NCBI RefSeq assembly: GCF_900106565.1
Contig: NZ_FNNJ01000002.1
Location: 486,786 to 510,785 of the forward strand
Direction of reading: 5' to 3'
Length of the DNA stretch: 24,000 bases
Source: Lutibacter oricola
GTDB lineage: Bacteria; Bacteroidota; Bacteroidia; Flavobacteriales; Flavobacteriaceae
Shown here: positions 16,448 to 24,000 of the stretch, one piece after another
How positions within the stretch are numbered: position 1 is the first letter of the stretch
Layout of the letters: every line of letters begins with the position of its first letter
Notes under the pieces: generated by a model
The model's input: the letters and a program-made list of their open reading frames with translations, nothing else
The model's database searches: none
Told to the model about the DNA's origin: nothing
Program-made: the position numbers and the translations under genes

Positions 16448-17203
16448 ATGAAAAATAAATATTCAGTAGGAAGTATTGTTACTTTCAAAACACACCCGTT
16501 ATTTAATGATTTCAGAATACAAGGAGATGGAAAATATGTACCTCCTGTAATGATGGTTAAAGAAGTTTTTATTGAAAATAATAAGAAAAGAACTCACGAT
16601 GAAGAAACTGGTAAAAAAATATCTGATAAGGTTAAATATACTTGTGTTTATTTTGATGATGATAAAAGTCAATTTACCGAAAACACAATTTATGAGAGTT
16701 TTTTAAGATCGTATAAAAAATTAAAAATAGAAAGAATTTCAGAAATTGGTGAATTAAGAGATGATACTGATACAATTATTAAAGAGATAAAAAGTTATTT
16801 TAAAAAACCATTAGTATATAAATTTGGTGGAATAGTTAGGTTTATCACAAAAAAAATAGAAATTTATAAGAAGCGTTCATCAAAAAAAATAACAGAAAAA
16901 AAAGGAGAAATAGAAAAGGATAATATTAAATCAACAATTCAATATGTTGTAAACTATGCTTCTCCTGACTTTGTAATGTGTGGTTTAAAGAAAAATGATG
17001 ATAAAAATTTATTTTATGAAAACGGTCAAGTAAAGAAACAAGTTTCGGAAACACTATTAAAAGTTAAGTGGTTTAATCCAATTCAGAAAAAATTTAGCGA
17101 ACAATTTTTACCAATTGAATTTTTTACAGATAGAATGAATTTTAAATCAGAAGTTTTAGAGGAGGAATTAGTATCAAAAGAGGTAACACCAAATCAAAGT
17201 TAG
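16448..17203 (+). CDS. Hypothetical lysine-rich protein with two tandem YodC/DUF2158-like small beta-barrel modules
   Basis: 251-aa ORF with a visible internal duplication. YSVGSIVTFKTHPLF...PPVMMVKEV...KYTCVYFDDDKSQFTENTIYESFL aligns with YKFGGIVRFITKKIE...SPDFVMCGLKK...LKVKWFNPIQKKFSEQFLPIEFF. This follows the G-x-V-x-hydrophobic...P-x-M-x-V...C/V-x-W/Y-F...F...L pattern of DUF2158. Confidence 0.7.
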   Translation: MKNKYSVGSIVTFKTHPLFNDFRIQGDGKYVPPVMMVKEVFIENNKKRTHDEETGKKISDKVKYTCVYFDDDKSQFTENTIYESFLRSYKKLKIERISEIGELRDDTDTIIKEIKSYFKKPLVYKFGGIVRFITKKIEIYKKRSSKKITEKKGEIEKDNIKSTIQYVVNYASPDFVMCGLKKNDDKNLFYENGQVKKQVSETLLKVKWFNPIQKKFSEQFLPIEFFTDRMNFKSEVLEEELVSKEVTPNQS

Positions 17204-17222
17204 GATTATTATTTATTGTTTT

Positions 17223-17230
17223 TATCTTTG
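17223..17230 (+). promoter_or_regulatory. Bacteroidota -7 promoter box candidate for the acyltransferase gene
   Basis: Exact TATCTTTG (TAnnTTTG) 44 nt upstream of the ATG at 17274. Confidence 0.4.
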
Positions 17231-17273
17231 CCGACCAATGTATCAAATTATTTACGCATTGAGTTATTAACAT

Positions 17274-17819
17274 ATGAAAACAATTACAAAATTTATATTT
17301 CATACTTTATTTGGTTGGAAAACAGTTGGCTTGTTACCAACAGATATAAAAAAGTATATAATTATTGGTGCACCTCATACCCATTGGCAAGATTTTTTTT
17401 TAGGTTTAGCTATAAAACTTTCTCAAAATTCACCTGCAAACTACATCGGTAAAGCTTCATTATTTAAACCACCTTTTGGATTTATTTTTAAAGCTTTAGG
17501 CGGTACTCCTGTTGATAGAAGTAAAAGCGCTAATAGAGTAGATGCTATTATTGATATTTTTAAAGAAAAAGAACAGTTTATATTAGCCTTATCTCCTGAA
17601 GGCACAAGAAAAAGAAACGACAAATGGAAAACAGGCTTTTACCATATTGCTAAAGGCGCAAACGTACCAATTGTTATGATGACTTTTGATTTTGGTAAAA
17701 AGCAGGTTAAACTTTCTGAACCTTATTATTTAACCAATGATATGGAAAAAGATATGAACTTTATTTATGATTTTTATAGAGGAGTAAAAGGTAAAATCCC
17801 TGAGTATTTCAACTTATAA
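17274..17819 (+). CDS. 1-acyl-sn-glycerol-3-phosphate acyltransferase family (PlsC-like) protein
   Basis: 181-aa ORF with the acyltransferase H-x4-D block (APHTHWQD) and the EGTR block (LSPEGTRKR). Confidence 0.75.
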   Translation: MKTITKFIFHTLFGWKTVGLLPTDIKKYIIIGAPHTHWQDFFLGLAIKLSQNSPANYIGKASLFKPPFGFIFKALGGTPVDRSKSANRVDAIIDIFKEKEQFILALSPEGTRKRNDKWKTGFYHIAKGANVPIVMMTFDFGKKQVKLSEPYYLTNDMEKDMNFIYDFYRGVKGKIPEYFNL

Positions 17820-17822
17820 AAC

Positions 17823-17855
17823 AAAAAAACCTACTAAAAATAGTAGGTTTTTTTT
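17823..17855. terminator. Bidirectional rho-independent terminator between the convergent acyltransferase and gcvT genes
   Basis: The sequence is A7-CCTACTA-aaaa-TAGTAGG-T8. The 7-bp G/C-containing stem can be extended by A/T pairs, and a U-run follows the hairpin on either strand. Confidence 0.8.
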
Positions 17856-17870
17856 ATGTCTATTTTAAAA

Positions 17871-18953
17871 TTACCCTTTATAAAAAGGCAATCTAACAAC
17901 TTTAGCTTTTAAAGTTTTCTTTCTTACTTGAATATATATTTCAGTATCTCTTTTAGAAAATTCTTTAGCAACATAACCTAAACCAATAGCTTTTTTTAGA
18001 GAAGGACTCATAGTTCCAGAAGTAACTTCTCCTATTTCATTTCCATCAGCATCAACAATAGCGTAGTGCTGACGAGGAATTCCTCTATCAATCATTTCAA
18101 ATGCCACTAATTTTTTAGTTACACCTTCTTCTTTTTGCTTTTTTAAAGCTTCAGAATTAGTAAAGTTCTTCGTAAACTTAGTAATCCACCCTAAACCAGC
18201 TTCAATAGGCGATGTTGTGTCGTTTATATCGTTACCGTATAAGCAATAACCCATTTCTAAACGTAAAGTATCACGAGCAGCTAAACCAATTGGTTTTATT
18301 CCGAAGTCTTTACCAGCTTCAAAAACTTTATTCCAAACTTGTTCAACTTCACTGTTTTTACAGTAAATTTCAAAACCACCAGAACCAGTATAACCCGTTG
18401 CCGAAATAATTACGTGATCAATACCAGCAAAATCGGCAACCTTAAATGTGTAAAACTTAATAGCCGATAAATCTTCCGAAGTTAAACTTTGCATTGCTTC
18501 AACAGCTTTTGGACCTTGAATAGCTAATAAAGAATAACCTTCAGAGATGTTTTTCATCTCAGCATTCATAGAATTATGAACAGAAATCCAGTTCCAATCT
18601 TTTTCTATATTAGAAGCATTTACAACTAATAAATAAGTTTCTTCTTTTACTCTGTAAACAATTAAATCGTCTACAATACCACCTTTATCGTTAGGTAAAC
18701 AACTATATTGTGCTTCTCCAATTTCTAATTTAGAAGCATCATTAGATGTTACAAACTGTATTAATTCTAATGCAAACTCTCCTTCAATTAAGAATTCTCC
18801 CATATGCGAAACATCAAAAACACCAACTCCAGTTCTTACAGTTTCGTGTTCAGCGTTAACTCCTTCATATTGTACTGGCATATTGTAACCAGCAAATGGT
18901 ACCATTTTTGCACCTAATTGTTCATGTATATGCGATAATGCAGTATTTTTCAT
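17871..18953 (-). CDS. gcvT: Glycine cleavage system aminomethyltransferase (T protein)
   Basis: 360-aa ORF whose sequence is typical of GcvT throughout: [37 protein letters not shown] and [11 protein letters not shown]. Confidence 0.95.
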   Translation of the reverse strand: MKNTALSHIHEQLGAKMVPFAGYNMPVQYEGVNAEHETVRTGVGVFDVSHMGEFLIEGEFALELIQFVTSNDASKLEIGEAQYSCLPNDKGGIVDDLIVYRVKEETYLLVVNASNIEKDWNWISVHNSMNAEMKNISEGYSLLAIQGPKAVEAMQSLTSEDLSAIKFYTFKVADFAGIDHVIISATGYTGSGGFEIYCKNSEVEQVWNKVFEAGKDFGIKPIGLAARDTLRLEMGYCLYGNDINDTTSPIEAGLGWITKFTKNFTNSEALKKQKEEGVTKKLVAFEMIDRGIPRQHYAIVDADGNEIGEVTSGTMSPSLKKAIGLGYVAKEFSKRDTEIYIQVRKKTLKAKVVRLPFYKG

Positions 18954-19110
18954 TGTAGTTATTTTTTAGGTTCGCTAAATTACTAATAATTGTAATATTT
19001 AATCTGTATTAAGTTATCATATCTCTATCAATAACTTTCTTTTTAAACAAAGAATTAAAGATAGATGTAGAAATGTGTTAGTCTAAACAAAGTAAGCTTC
19101 AATATTTTTC

Positions 19111-19118
19111 TATATTTG
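19111..19118 (+). promoter_or_regulatory. Bacteroidota -7 promoter box candidate for the aminopeptidase gene
   Basis: Exact TATATTTG (TAnnTTTG) 28 nt upstream of the ATG at 19146. Confidence 0.4.
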
Positions 19119-19145
19119 AGCTAAATTTATTGGTAATATTCAAAA

Positions 19146-20606
19146 ATGAAGAAATTTCAACTACTATTAGTCTTAACTTTATGTTTTTTATTGAATGTAA
19201 ATGCTCAGCACCAACATTTACCTCAAGATTATTTAAGTAAAGACTTTCATAAAGAAAGAAGAGAAGCTTTACGAAACTTAATGCCAAAAAATAGTGTTGC
19301 AGTATTTTTCGCAAACCCAGTAAGAAATAGAGCAAATGATGTTAATTTTCATTACCATCAGGATCCAAATTTTTATTATTTAACAGGTTCTAACGAGCCA
19401 CATTCTTTGGTTTTAATTTTTAAAGAAAATCAAACTGTAAATGGAAATGTTTTTAATGAAGTTTTATTTGTTCAAGAGCGAAATGAAACAGCAGAGCTTT
19501 GGGATGGAAAAAGGCTTGGAATAAAAGGCGCACAAGATGATTTAGGTTTTAGAGTTGCATATAATGGTAAGGACTTTAAAAGCTTTAATCTAGACTTTTC
19601 AAAATTTAACAAGGTGCTTTTTGAAGCTTTTAATAACGATGTTAGAAACTCTAATAACACAGCAGATTTATTTGATTTAATTAAAACATTTAAAAGTAAA
19701 ATCTCATACAGTTTATTAAATGCTGAAACTGTAAAAAGTGATGATAATTTTTACAGTAGTAAAAAATCGAATTTAAACTTGTTGCCATATTATATGGCCA
19801 CGTTACGAGAAATTAAAACAAAAGAAGAATTAAAACTATTAAGAAAAGCAGTTGATATATCTGCAGTTGGACAAATTGAGGTAATGAAAGCAATGCACCC
19901 AAAAATGTCTGAATTAGAAGTGCAAGGAATTCACGAATTTGTTTATAAAAAATACGGAGCAGAATACGAAGGTTACCCATCAATTGTTGGAGCAGGAGGT
20001 AATGGTTGTATTTTACACTATATAGAGAATAATAAAACCGAAATTGAGGATGGTAAGTTAGTTTTAATGGATTTAGGAGCAGAATACCACGGCTACACGG
20101 CAGATGTTACAAGAACAATACCTACAAACGGAAAATTTTCTAAAGAACAAAAAGCTATTTACGATTTGGTATTTAAAGCACAAACCGAAGCAATTAAAGC
20201 TTGTAAAGAAGGTGCACATTTTGGGAAACTAACAATTGTTTCGCAAAAAATAATAAATAAAGGTTTAGCTGAATTAGGTATTATTTCTAATGAAAAAGAG
20301 TATCATACATATTTTCCTCACGGAGCATCGCATCACATTGGTTTAGATGTTCACGACACTTCAAATTATGGCAAACTTAAAGAAAATATGGTAATTACCG
20401 TAGAACCTGGTATTTACATTCCAAAAGGTAGTGATTGCGATGAAAAATGGTGGGATATTGCTGTTAGAATTGAAGATGATATTTTAATTACTAAAAATGG
20501 ACCAGAAAACTTATCTGCAAGAGCGCCAAGAACTTCTGAGGCTATTGAAAAAATGATGCTACAGCCTAGTGTACTTGATGGTTTTTTACTTCCTCAATTA
20601 GATTAG
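19146..20606 (+). CDS. pepP: Secreted Xaa-Pro aminopeptidase (M24B, aminopeptidase P family)
   Basis: 486-aa ORF with an N-terminal signal peptide (MKKFQLLLVLTLCFLLNVNAQ). It has an AMP_N-type N-domain (FHYHQDPNFYYLTG). M24 metal ligands appear in LMDLGAEYHGYTADVTRT, HGASHHIGLDVHD, EPGIY and RIEDD. Confidence 0.85.
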   Translation: MKKFQLLLVLTLCFLLNVNAQHQHLPQDYLSKDFHKERREALRNLMPKNSVAVFFANPVRNRANDVNFHYHQDPNFYYLTGSNEPHSLVLIFKENQTVNGNVFNEVLFVQERNETAELWDGKRLGIKGAQDDLGFRVAYNGKDFKSFNLDFSKFNKVLFEAFNNDVRNSNNTADLFDLIKTFKSKISYSLLNAETVKSDDNFYSSKKSNLNLLPYYMATLREIKTKEELKLLRKAVDISAVGQIEVMKAMHPKMSELEVQGIHEFVYKKYGAEYEGYPSIVGAGGNGCILHYIENNKTEIEDGKLVLMDLGAEYHGYTADVTRTIPTNGKFSKEQKAIYDLVFKAQTEAIKACKEGAHFGKLTIVSQKIINKGLAELGIISNEKEYHTYFPHGASHHIGLDVHDTSNYGKLKENMVITVEPGIYIPKGSDCDEKWWDIAVRIEDDILITKNGPENLSARAPRTSEAIEKMMLQPSVLDGFLLPQLD

Positions 20607-20609
20607 AAA

Positions 20610-21107
20610 TTATTTTTTTAATACATAACTAAATTTCATTTCTTGCTCTTCTTTTCCATTTTCTTTGAAAACAACATACATATCTAAGTTGTTTTCATCT
20701 ATTAAATCAAAAGTTAAACCATCAAAATAGGCTTTATGCTTTTCAATTTTAACTAGCTTAAAATCAGTTGTCTCATTTTTTTCTTCCCAACCTTTTAAAT
20801 CTTTCGAAAAATGTTTAATACGTAAAATTAACGTGTTATTTTCTTCAGAAATAGCACATAACTCATAAAAACTTATTTCACCTCCTTCGGTAACGAGTTT
20901 AAACGAACCCATCATTGATTTTCCATAAGGATCCGACCAAATTTCTTCTACAAAACCACCTAAAGCTTCACCTGTCCAATAGCCAGAAATCCACGAAACA
21001 TCGGTAAGAGTTGCTTTTGGAGATTTAGAATTGTTTAATTTTAATGTGTTTTGAGATGTTATACTTAATGTACATATTAAGCATAAAAAAGCTAGGTAAA
21101 ATTTCAT
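20610..21107 (-). CDS. Small secreted protein of unknown function (DUF6265-like as far as I can recall)
   Basis: 165-aa ORF with a signal peptide (MKFYLAFLCLICTLSITSQ). The WISGYWTGEALGGFVEEIWS block is the basis for the family guess, which is tentative. Confidence 0.6.
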   Translation of the reverse strand: MKFYLAFLCLICTLSITSQNTLKLNNSKSPKATLTDVSWISGYWTGEALGGFVEEIWSDPYGKSMMGSFKLVTEGGEISFYELCAISEENNTLILRIKHFSKDLKGWEEKNETTDFKLVKIEKHKAYFDGLTFDLIDENNLDMYVVFKENGKEEQEMKFSYVLKK

Positions 21108-21161
21108 TTAAAAAAAATTTAGTTACCTAGCTAATTTAATAGTTTTATTTTAATTAAGTGT

Positions 21162-22457
21162 TTACTTAGTTTCTATTAAGTATTGTTTTAGCTCTTTGTA
21201 AGTAGAAATAACTTTAGAAACTTTCTCTTTATCAATAACATCTAAAATCTGTTGTGGGTACTCGATAGTATCACCTAAAACTGGCTCAACTACATCTAAA
21301 AACTTCACGGGATGTGCCGTTTCTAAGAAAATTCCTTGTGCTTTATTATCTTTTAGATACTTTTTTAAACCTAAATAACCAACAGCTCCGTGTGGATCTG
21401 CAATATAGCCACTTTCGGCTTTAATTTCTTTCATTGCATTTTTTGTAGTAGCATCATCAAAAGAATAAGAAGTTAAGTTTTTCTTTAACTTATCGTCATT
21501 TTTATAAATTTCTTGAATTCGAATAAAATTACTCGGATCACCTACATCCATTGCGTTAGAAATAGTTTGTTTAGAAGGTTTTGGGCTATAAACTCCAGTT
21601 TTTAAATAATTAGGAACAATGTCATTTATGTTTGTTGAAGCAATAAATTGCTTAATTGGTAAACCTAATTGCTGCGCCATAATACCAGCGCAAATATTTC
21701 CAAAATTTCCACTTGGTACAGAAAAAACCAAGTCTTTCTTTTTGTTTTGTAATTGTTTGTAAGCAAAAAAGAAATAAAACATTTGTGGTAACCAACGAGC
21801 AACGTTAATAGAGTTTGCAGAAGTTAAATTTCTCTGAGACGTTAATTCTTCATCTAAAAAAGCAGTTTTAACCATTGCTTGGCAATCGTCAAATGTACCA
21901 TTAACTTCTAGAGCTTTAATGTTTTGCCCTAAGGTAGTTAGCTGTTTTTCTTGAACATCGCTCACTTTTCCGCTAGGATATAGAATTACAACATCTACAC
22001 CTTCAACACCTAAAAAACCACTTGCAACGGCACCACCAGTATCTCCAGAAGTAGCAACTAAAACAGTAACTTTAGTAGCGTTTTTTTCTTTGTTGAAATA
22101 TCCAAAACAACGCGCCATAAAACGCGCTCCTACATCTTTAAATGCCATTGTAGGACCGTGAAACAATTCTAAAGTTGATATGTCTTCAGTAATTGGAACA
22201 ACCGGAAAATCAAAGCTTAAAGTTTCTTCAATAATTTGCTTTAATTCTTTTTCTGGAATTTCATCAGCAACAAATTGTTTAATTACTTCGTAAGCAATTT
22301 CAGTATTAGTAAAGTATTCTATATGATTAAAAAAATCTTTTTCTAAGGGTGTAATACTCTCAGGAAAATACAATCCTTTATCTGGTGCTAATCCTTTTAC
22401 CACAGCTTCTTTAAACGAAACGTCTGGTGCTTTTTTATTTAAACTGTAAAAATTCAT
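21162..22457 (-). CDS. thrC: Threonine synthase
   Basis: 431-aa ORF with the PLP-lysine motif HGPTMAFKDVGARF and the SGDTGGA and SGNFGN blocks. It is the last gene of a thrA-thrB-thrC operon. Confidence 0.95.
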   Translation of the reverse strand: MNFYSLNKKAPDVSFKEAVVKGLAPDKGLYFPESITPLEKDFFNHIEYFTNTEIAYEVIKQFVADEIPEKELKQIIEETLSFDFPVVPITEDISTLELFHGPTMAFKDVGARFMARCFGYFNKEKNATKVTVLVATSGDTGGAVASGFLGVEGVDVVILYPSGKVSDVQEKQLTTLGQNIKALEVNGTFDDCQAMVKTAFLDEELTSQRNLTSANSINVARWLPQMFYFFFAYKQLQNKKKDLVFSVPSGNFGNICAGIMAQQLGLPIKQFIASTNINDIVPNYLKTGVYSPKPSKQTISNAMDVGDPSNFIRIQEIYKNDDKLKKNLTSYSFDDATTKNAMKEIKAESGYIADPHGAVGYLGLKKYLKDNKAQGIFLETAHPVKFLDVVEPVLGDTIEYPQQILDVIDKEKVSKVISTYKELKQYLIETK

Positions 22458-22488
22458 TTTTTATTCAATTATGAATTATTAATTTCAA

Positions 22489-22518
22489 ATTACGAATTGA
22501 TAATTTCAAATTCGTAAT
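22489..22518 (-). promoter_or_regulatory. Intercistronic stem-loop between thrB and thrC
   Basis: ATTACGAATT (22489-22498) and AATTCGTAAT (22509-22518) form a perfect 10-bp inverted repeat with a 10-nt loop. It overlaps a 12-nt direct repeat TAATTTCAAATT (22480-22491 and 22501-22512). Confidence 0.4.
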
Positions 22519-22527
22519 AGATAATTA

Positions 22528-23451
22528 TCAATTAATTATTTTTATTCCTTGCTTATTAACTTTCGAAACGTGTACATCGTATTTAATACCTACTTTATTA
22601 TAAGCAGCTTTCATTGCTTCACCAACATTTAATGCTGTTTCTTCTCCTTTACTTAAAGCAAAAATAGAAGGACCAGAGCCAGATATACCACAACCTAAAG
22701 CACCTGCTTTTATTGAATTCTTTTTAACCGAATCAAACGCAGGTATTAAAATAGAACGTATTGGCTCAATTATATGGTCTTGAAGAGATCGACCAATTAA
22801 ATCGTAATCTTCAGTATACAAACCACTAATTAAACCTCCAACATTTCCCCATTGCTTAATAGCGTCTTTTAATTGCACGGTTGTTCTTAAAATTTCACGT
22901 GCATCAGAAGTTTTAACTTCAATTTGAGGGTGAATTACCGTTGCATATAACTCAGAAGGTGTGTTTACACTTATAATATCTAAAGGTTCATAGCTTCTTA
23001 CTAATGTAAATCCACCAAAAAGGGCAGGAGCTACATTATCTGCGTGCGCAACACCTGTTGCTAAACGCTCACCTTCCATAGCAAAGCGAACCAAATCGCT
23101 TGTATTGAAAGGCTTTCCTAATAACTCATTAATTGCCCAAACTGCACCTGCAGAACTAGCAGCACTGCTACCAATTCCACTACCAGGTTTAATACGCTTA
23201 ATAATTTCTATTTCAAAACCGTGGGTTGCTTCAGCTTCTGCTAACAAAGCCAAACCTGCAACACCTGCAACATTTTTATGAGTTTCTAACGGTAAATCTT
23301 GACCTTCTATTTTAGAAATTATAATTCCATTTTCAGGAATTTTACGAATAATCATTTCATCACCAACATTATCTAACGCCAAACCCAAAACATCAAAACC
23401 GCAAGAAACGTTTGCTATTGTAGCCGGAGTAAAAATCTTTAACTCATTCAT
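22528..23451 (-). CDS. thrB: Homoserine kinase
   Basis: 307-aa ORF with the GHMP kinase motif PGSGIGSSAASSAGAV. Its position between thrA and thrC supports the call. Confidence 0.9.
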   Translation of the reverse strand: MNELKIFTPATIANVSCGFDVLGLALDNVGDEMIIRKIPENGIIISKIEGQDLPLETHKNVAGVAGLALLAEAEATHGFEIEIIKRIKPGSGIGSSAASSAGAVWAINELLGKPFNTSDLVRFAMEGERLATGVAHADNVAPALFGGFTLVRSYEPLDIISVNTPSELYATVIHPQIEVKTSDAREILRTTVQLKDAIKQWGNVGGLISGLYTEDYDLIGRSLQDHIIEPIRSILIPAFDSVKKNSIKAGALGCGISGSGPSIFALSKGEETALNVGEAMKAAYNKVGIKYDVHVSKVNKQGIKIIN

Positions 23452-23454
23452 AAT

Positions 23455-24000
23455 TTAATTGTTACCAATTCTAATAATATCGGCAAATAATCCAGAGGCA
23501 GTAACATCTGCACCAGCACCAGCACCTTTTATAATTAACGGTTGAATAGGATATCTTTCTGTAAAGAACAATACAATATTATCACTTCCATCTAAATTAT
23601 AAAAAGGATGATCTGAAGGTATTTCATTTAAACCAACTTTAGATTTTCCATTGTCAAATTCTGCAACAAATTTTAATCTACAATCATTTGCAGCCGCTTT
23701 TTCATAAATTTTATTGAAATGTGCAGCTTCAGATTTTAAAGTTTCTAAAAAATCTGGAACAGAGTCTGCATCTAACGATGCTTTTGGTAAAAACGAATCA
23801 TTTTCAATATCGCTTAATTCTAATTTTGTTCCGCTTTCACGAGCTAAAATTAATATTTTACGCATTACATCCACACCACTTAAATCGATACGTGGATCAG
23901 GCTCTGTATATCCTTGAATTCCTGCTTGGTCAACAACTTCAGCAAAAGAAGTTTCGCTATTAAAATTATTAAACACAAAGTTTAAGCTACCAGACAGAAC
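23455..24000 (-). CDS. thrA: Bifunctional aspartokinase/homoserine dehydrogenase, C-terminal part only (N-terminus lies beyond the right edge)
   Basis: The track starts it at a GTG (23976). The frame stays open to 24000 (VLSGSLNFVFNNF...), which matches the conserved ILSGSLxFIF block of the homoserine dehydrogenase domain. The C-terminal end GAGAGADVTASGLFADIIRI is typical. It sits 3 nt upstream of thrB. Confidence 0.9.
   Translation of the reverse strand, partial: VLSGSLNFVFNNFNSETSFAEVVDQAGIQGYTEPDPRIDLSGVDVMRKILILARESGTKLELSDIENDSFLPKASLDADSVPDFLETLKSEAAHFNKIYEKAAANDCRLKFVAEFDNGKSKVGLNEIPSDHPFYNLDGSDNIVLFFTERYPIQPLIIKGAGAGADVTASGLFADIIRIGNN

Noticed and set aside
14474-17203. Diversity-generating retroelement hypothesis
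   Set aside because: I noticed no ~100-bp template/variable repeat pair anywhere in the window and no Avd-like accessory gene. The RT is larger than typical DGR RTs. This rests on visual inspection only.
17216-17623. ORFs 17216..17452 (+) and 17441..17623 (-) overlapping the acyltransferase gene
   Set aside because: These are alternative-frame and antisense ORFs inside a CDS that carries the HxxxxD and EGTR acyltransferase motifs, so I treat them as spurious.
18212-18409. 65-aa plus-strand ORF inside gcvT
   Set aside because: It is an antisense shadow ORF.
18954-19145. Possible glycine riboswitch upstream of gcvT
   Set aside because: The 192-bp divergent intergenic region is extremely AT-rich. 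On the gcvT strand it lacks the conserved GGAGAG/CACCG-type cores of glycine riboswitch aptamers.
19099-19660. Minus-strand ORFs 19099..19335 and 19472..19660 overlapping pepP
   Set aside because: Both are antisense to a well-supported M24B peptidase frame.
23714-23963. Plus-strand ORFs 23714..23917 and 23721..23963
   Set aside because: Both are antisense to the thrA homoserine dehydrogenase frame, which continues open to the window edge.

Overview
Low-GC chromosomal segment with about 30-35% GC in spot counts, most likely from a Flavobacteriia-type Bacteroidota genome. This assignment rests on gene content (DUF3810, BshA, split transketolase), TAnnTTTG promoter boxes and the absence of obvious Shine-Dalgarno sites. 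Most of the window is tightly packed core metabolism and housekeeping. In order these are RelA/SpoT (partial), an M48 peptidase, a TrmH methyltransferase, DUF3810, DnaB, a secreted conserved protein, the transketolase N-subunit, BshA, AroB, proline dehydrogenase and RmuC. After the island come a PlsC-like acyltransferase, GcvT, an Xaa-Pro aminopeptidase, a small secreted protein and thrA(partial)-thrB-thrC. I saw no rRNA, tRNA, CRISPR array, transposase or integrase. The standout is a ~2.7 kb, visibly more AT-rich insertion (14474..17203) between rmuC and the acyltransferase. It holds (i) an intact 500-aa stand-alone reverse transcriptase with all catalytic motifs that does not look like a group II intron, retron or DGR RT, so it is UG/Abi or DRT-like. 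It holds (ii) a 471-bp gene-poor leader directly upstream of the RT, with unusual stop-codon depletion on both strands and a 68-codon hydrophobic ORF antisense to the RT. It holds (iii) a divergent 251-aa lysine-rich protein built from two tandem copies of a small YodC/DUF2158-like beta-barrel module. This architecture suggests an RT plus ncRNA defence system of the DRT2/DRT9 kind. I cannot assign the RT clade, prove that an ncRNA exists, or show that the third gene belongs to the system from sequence reading alone.
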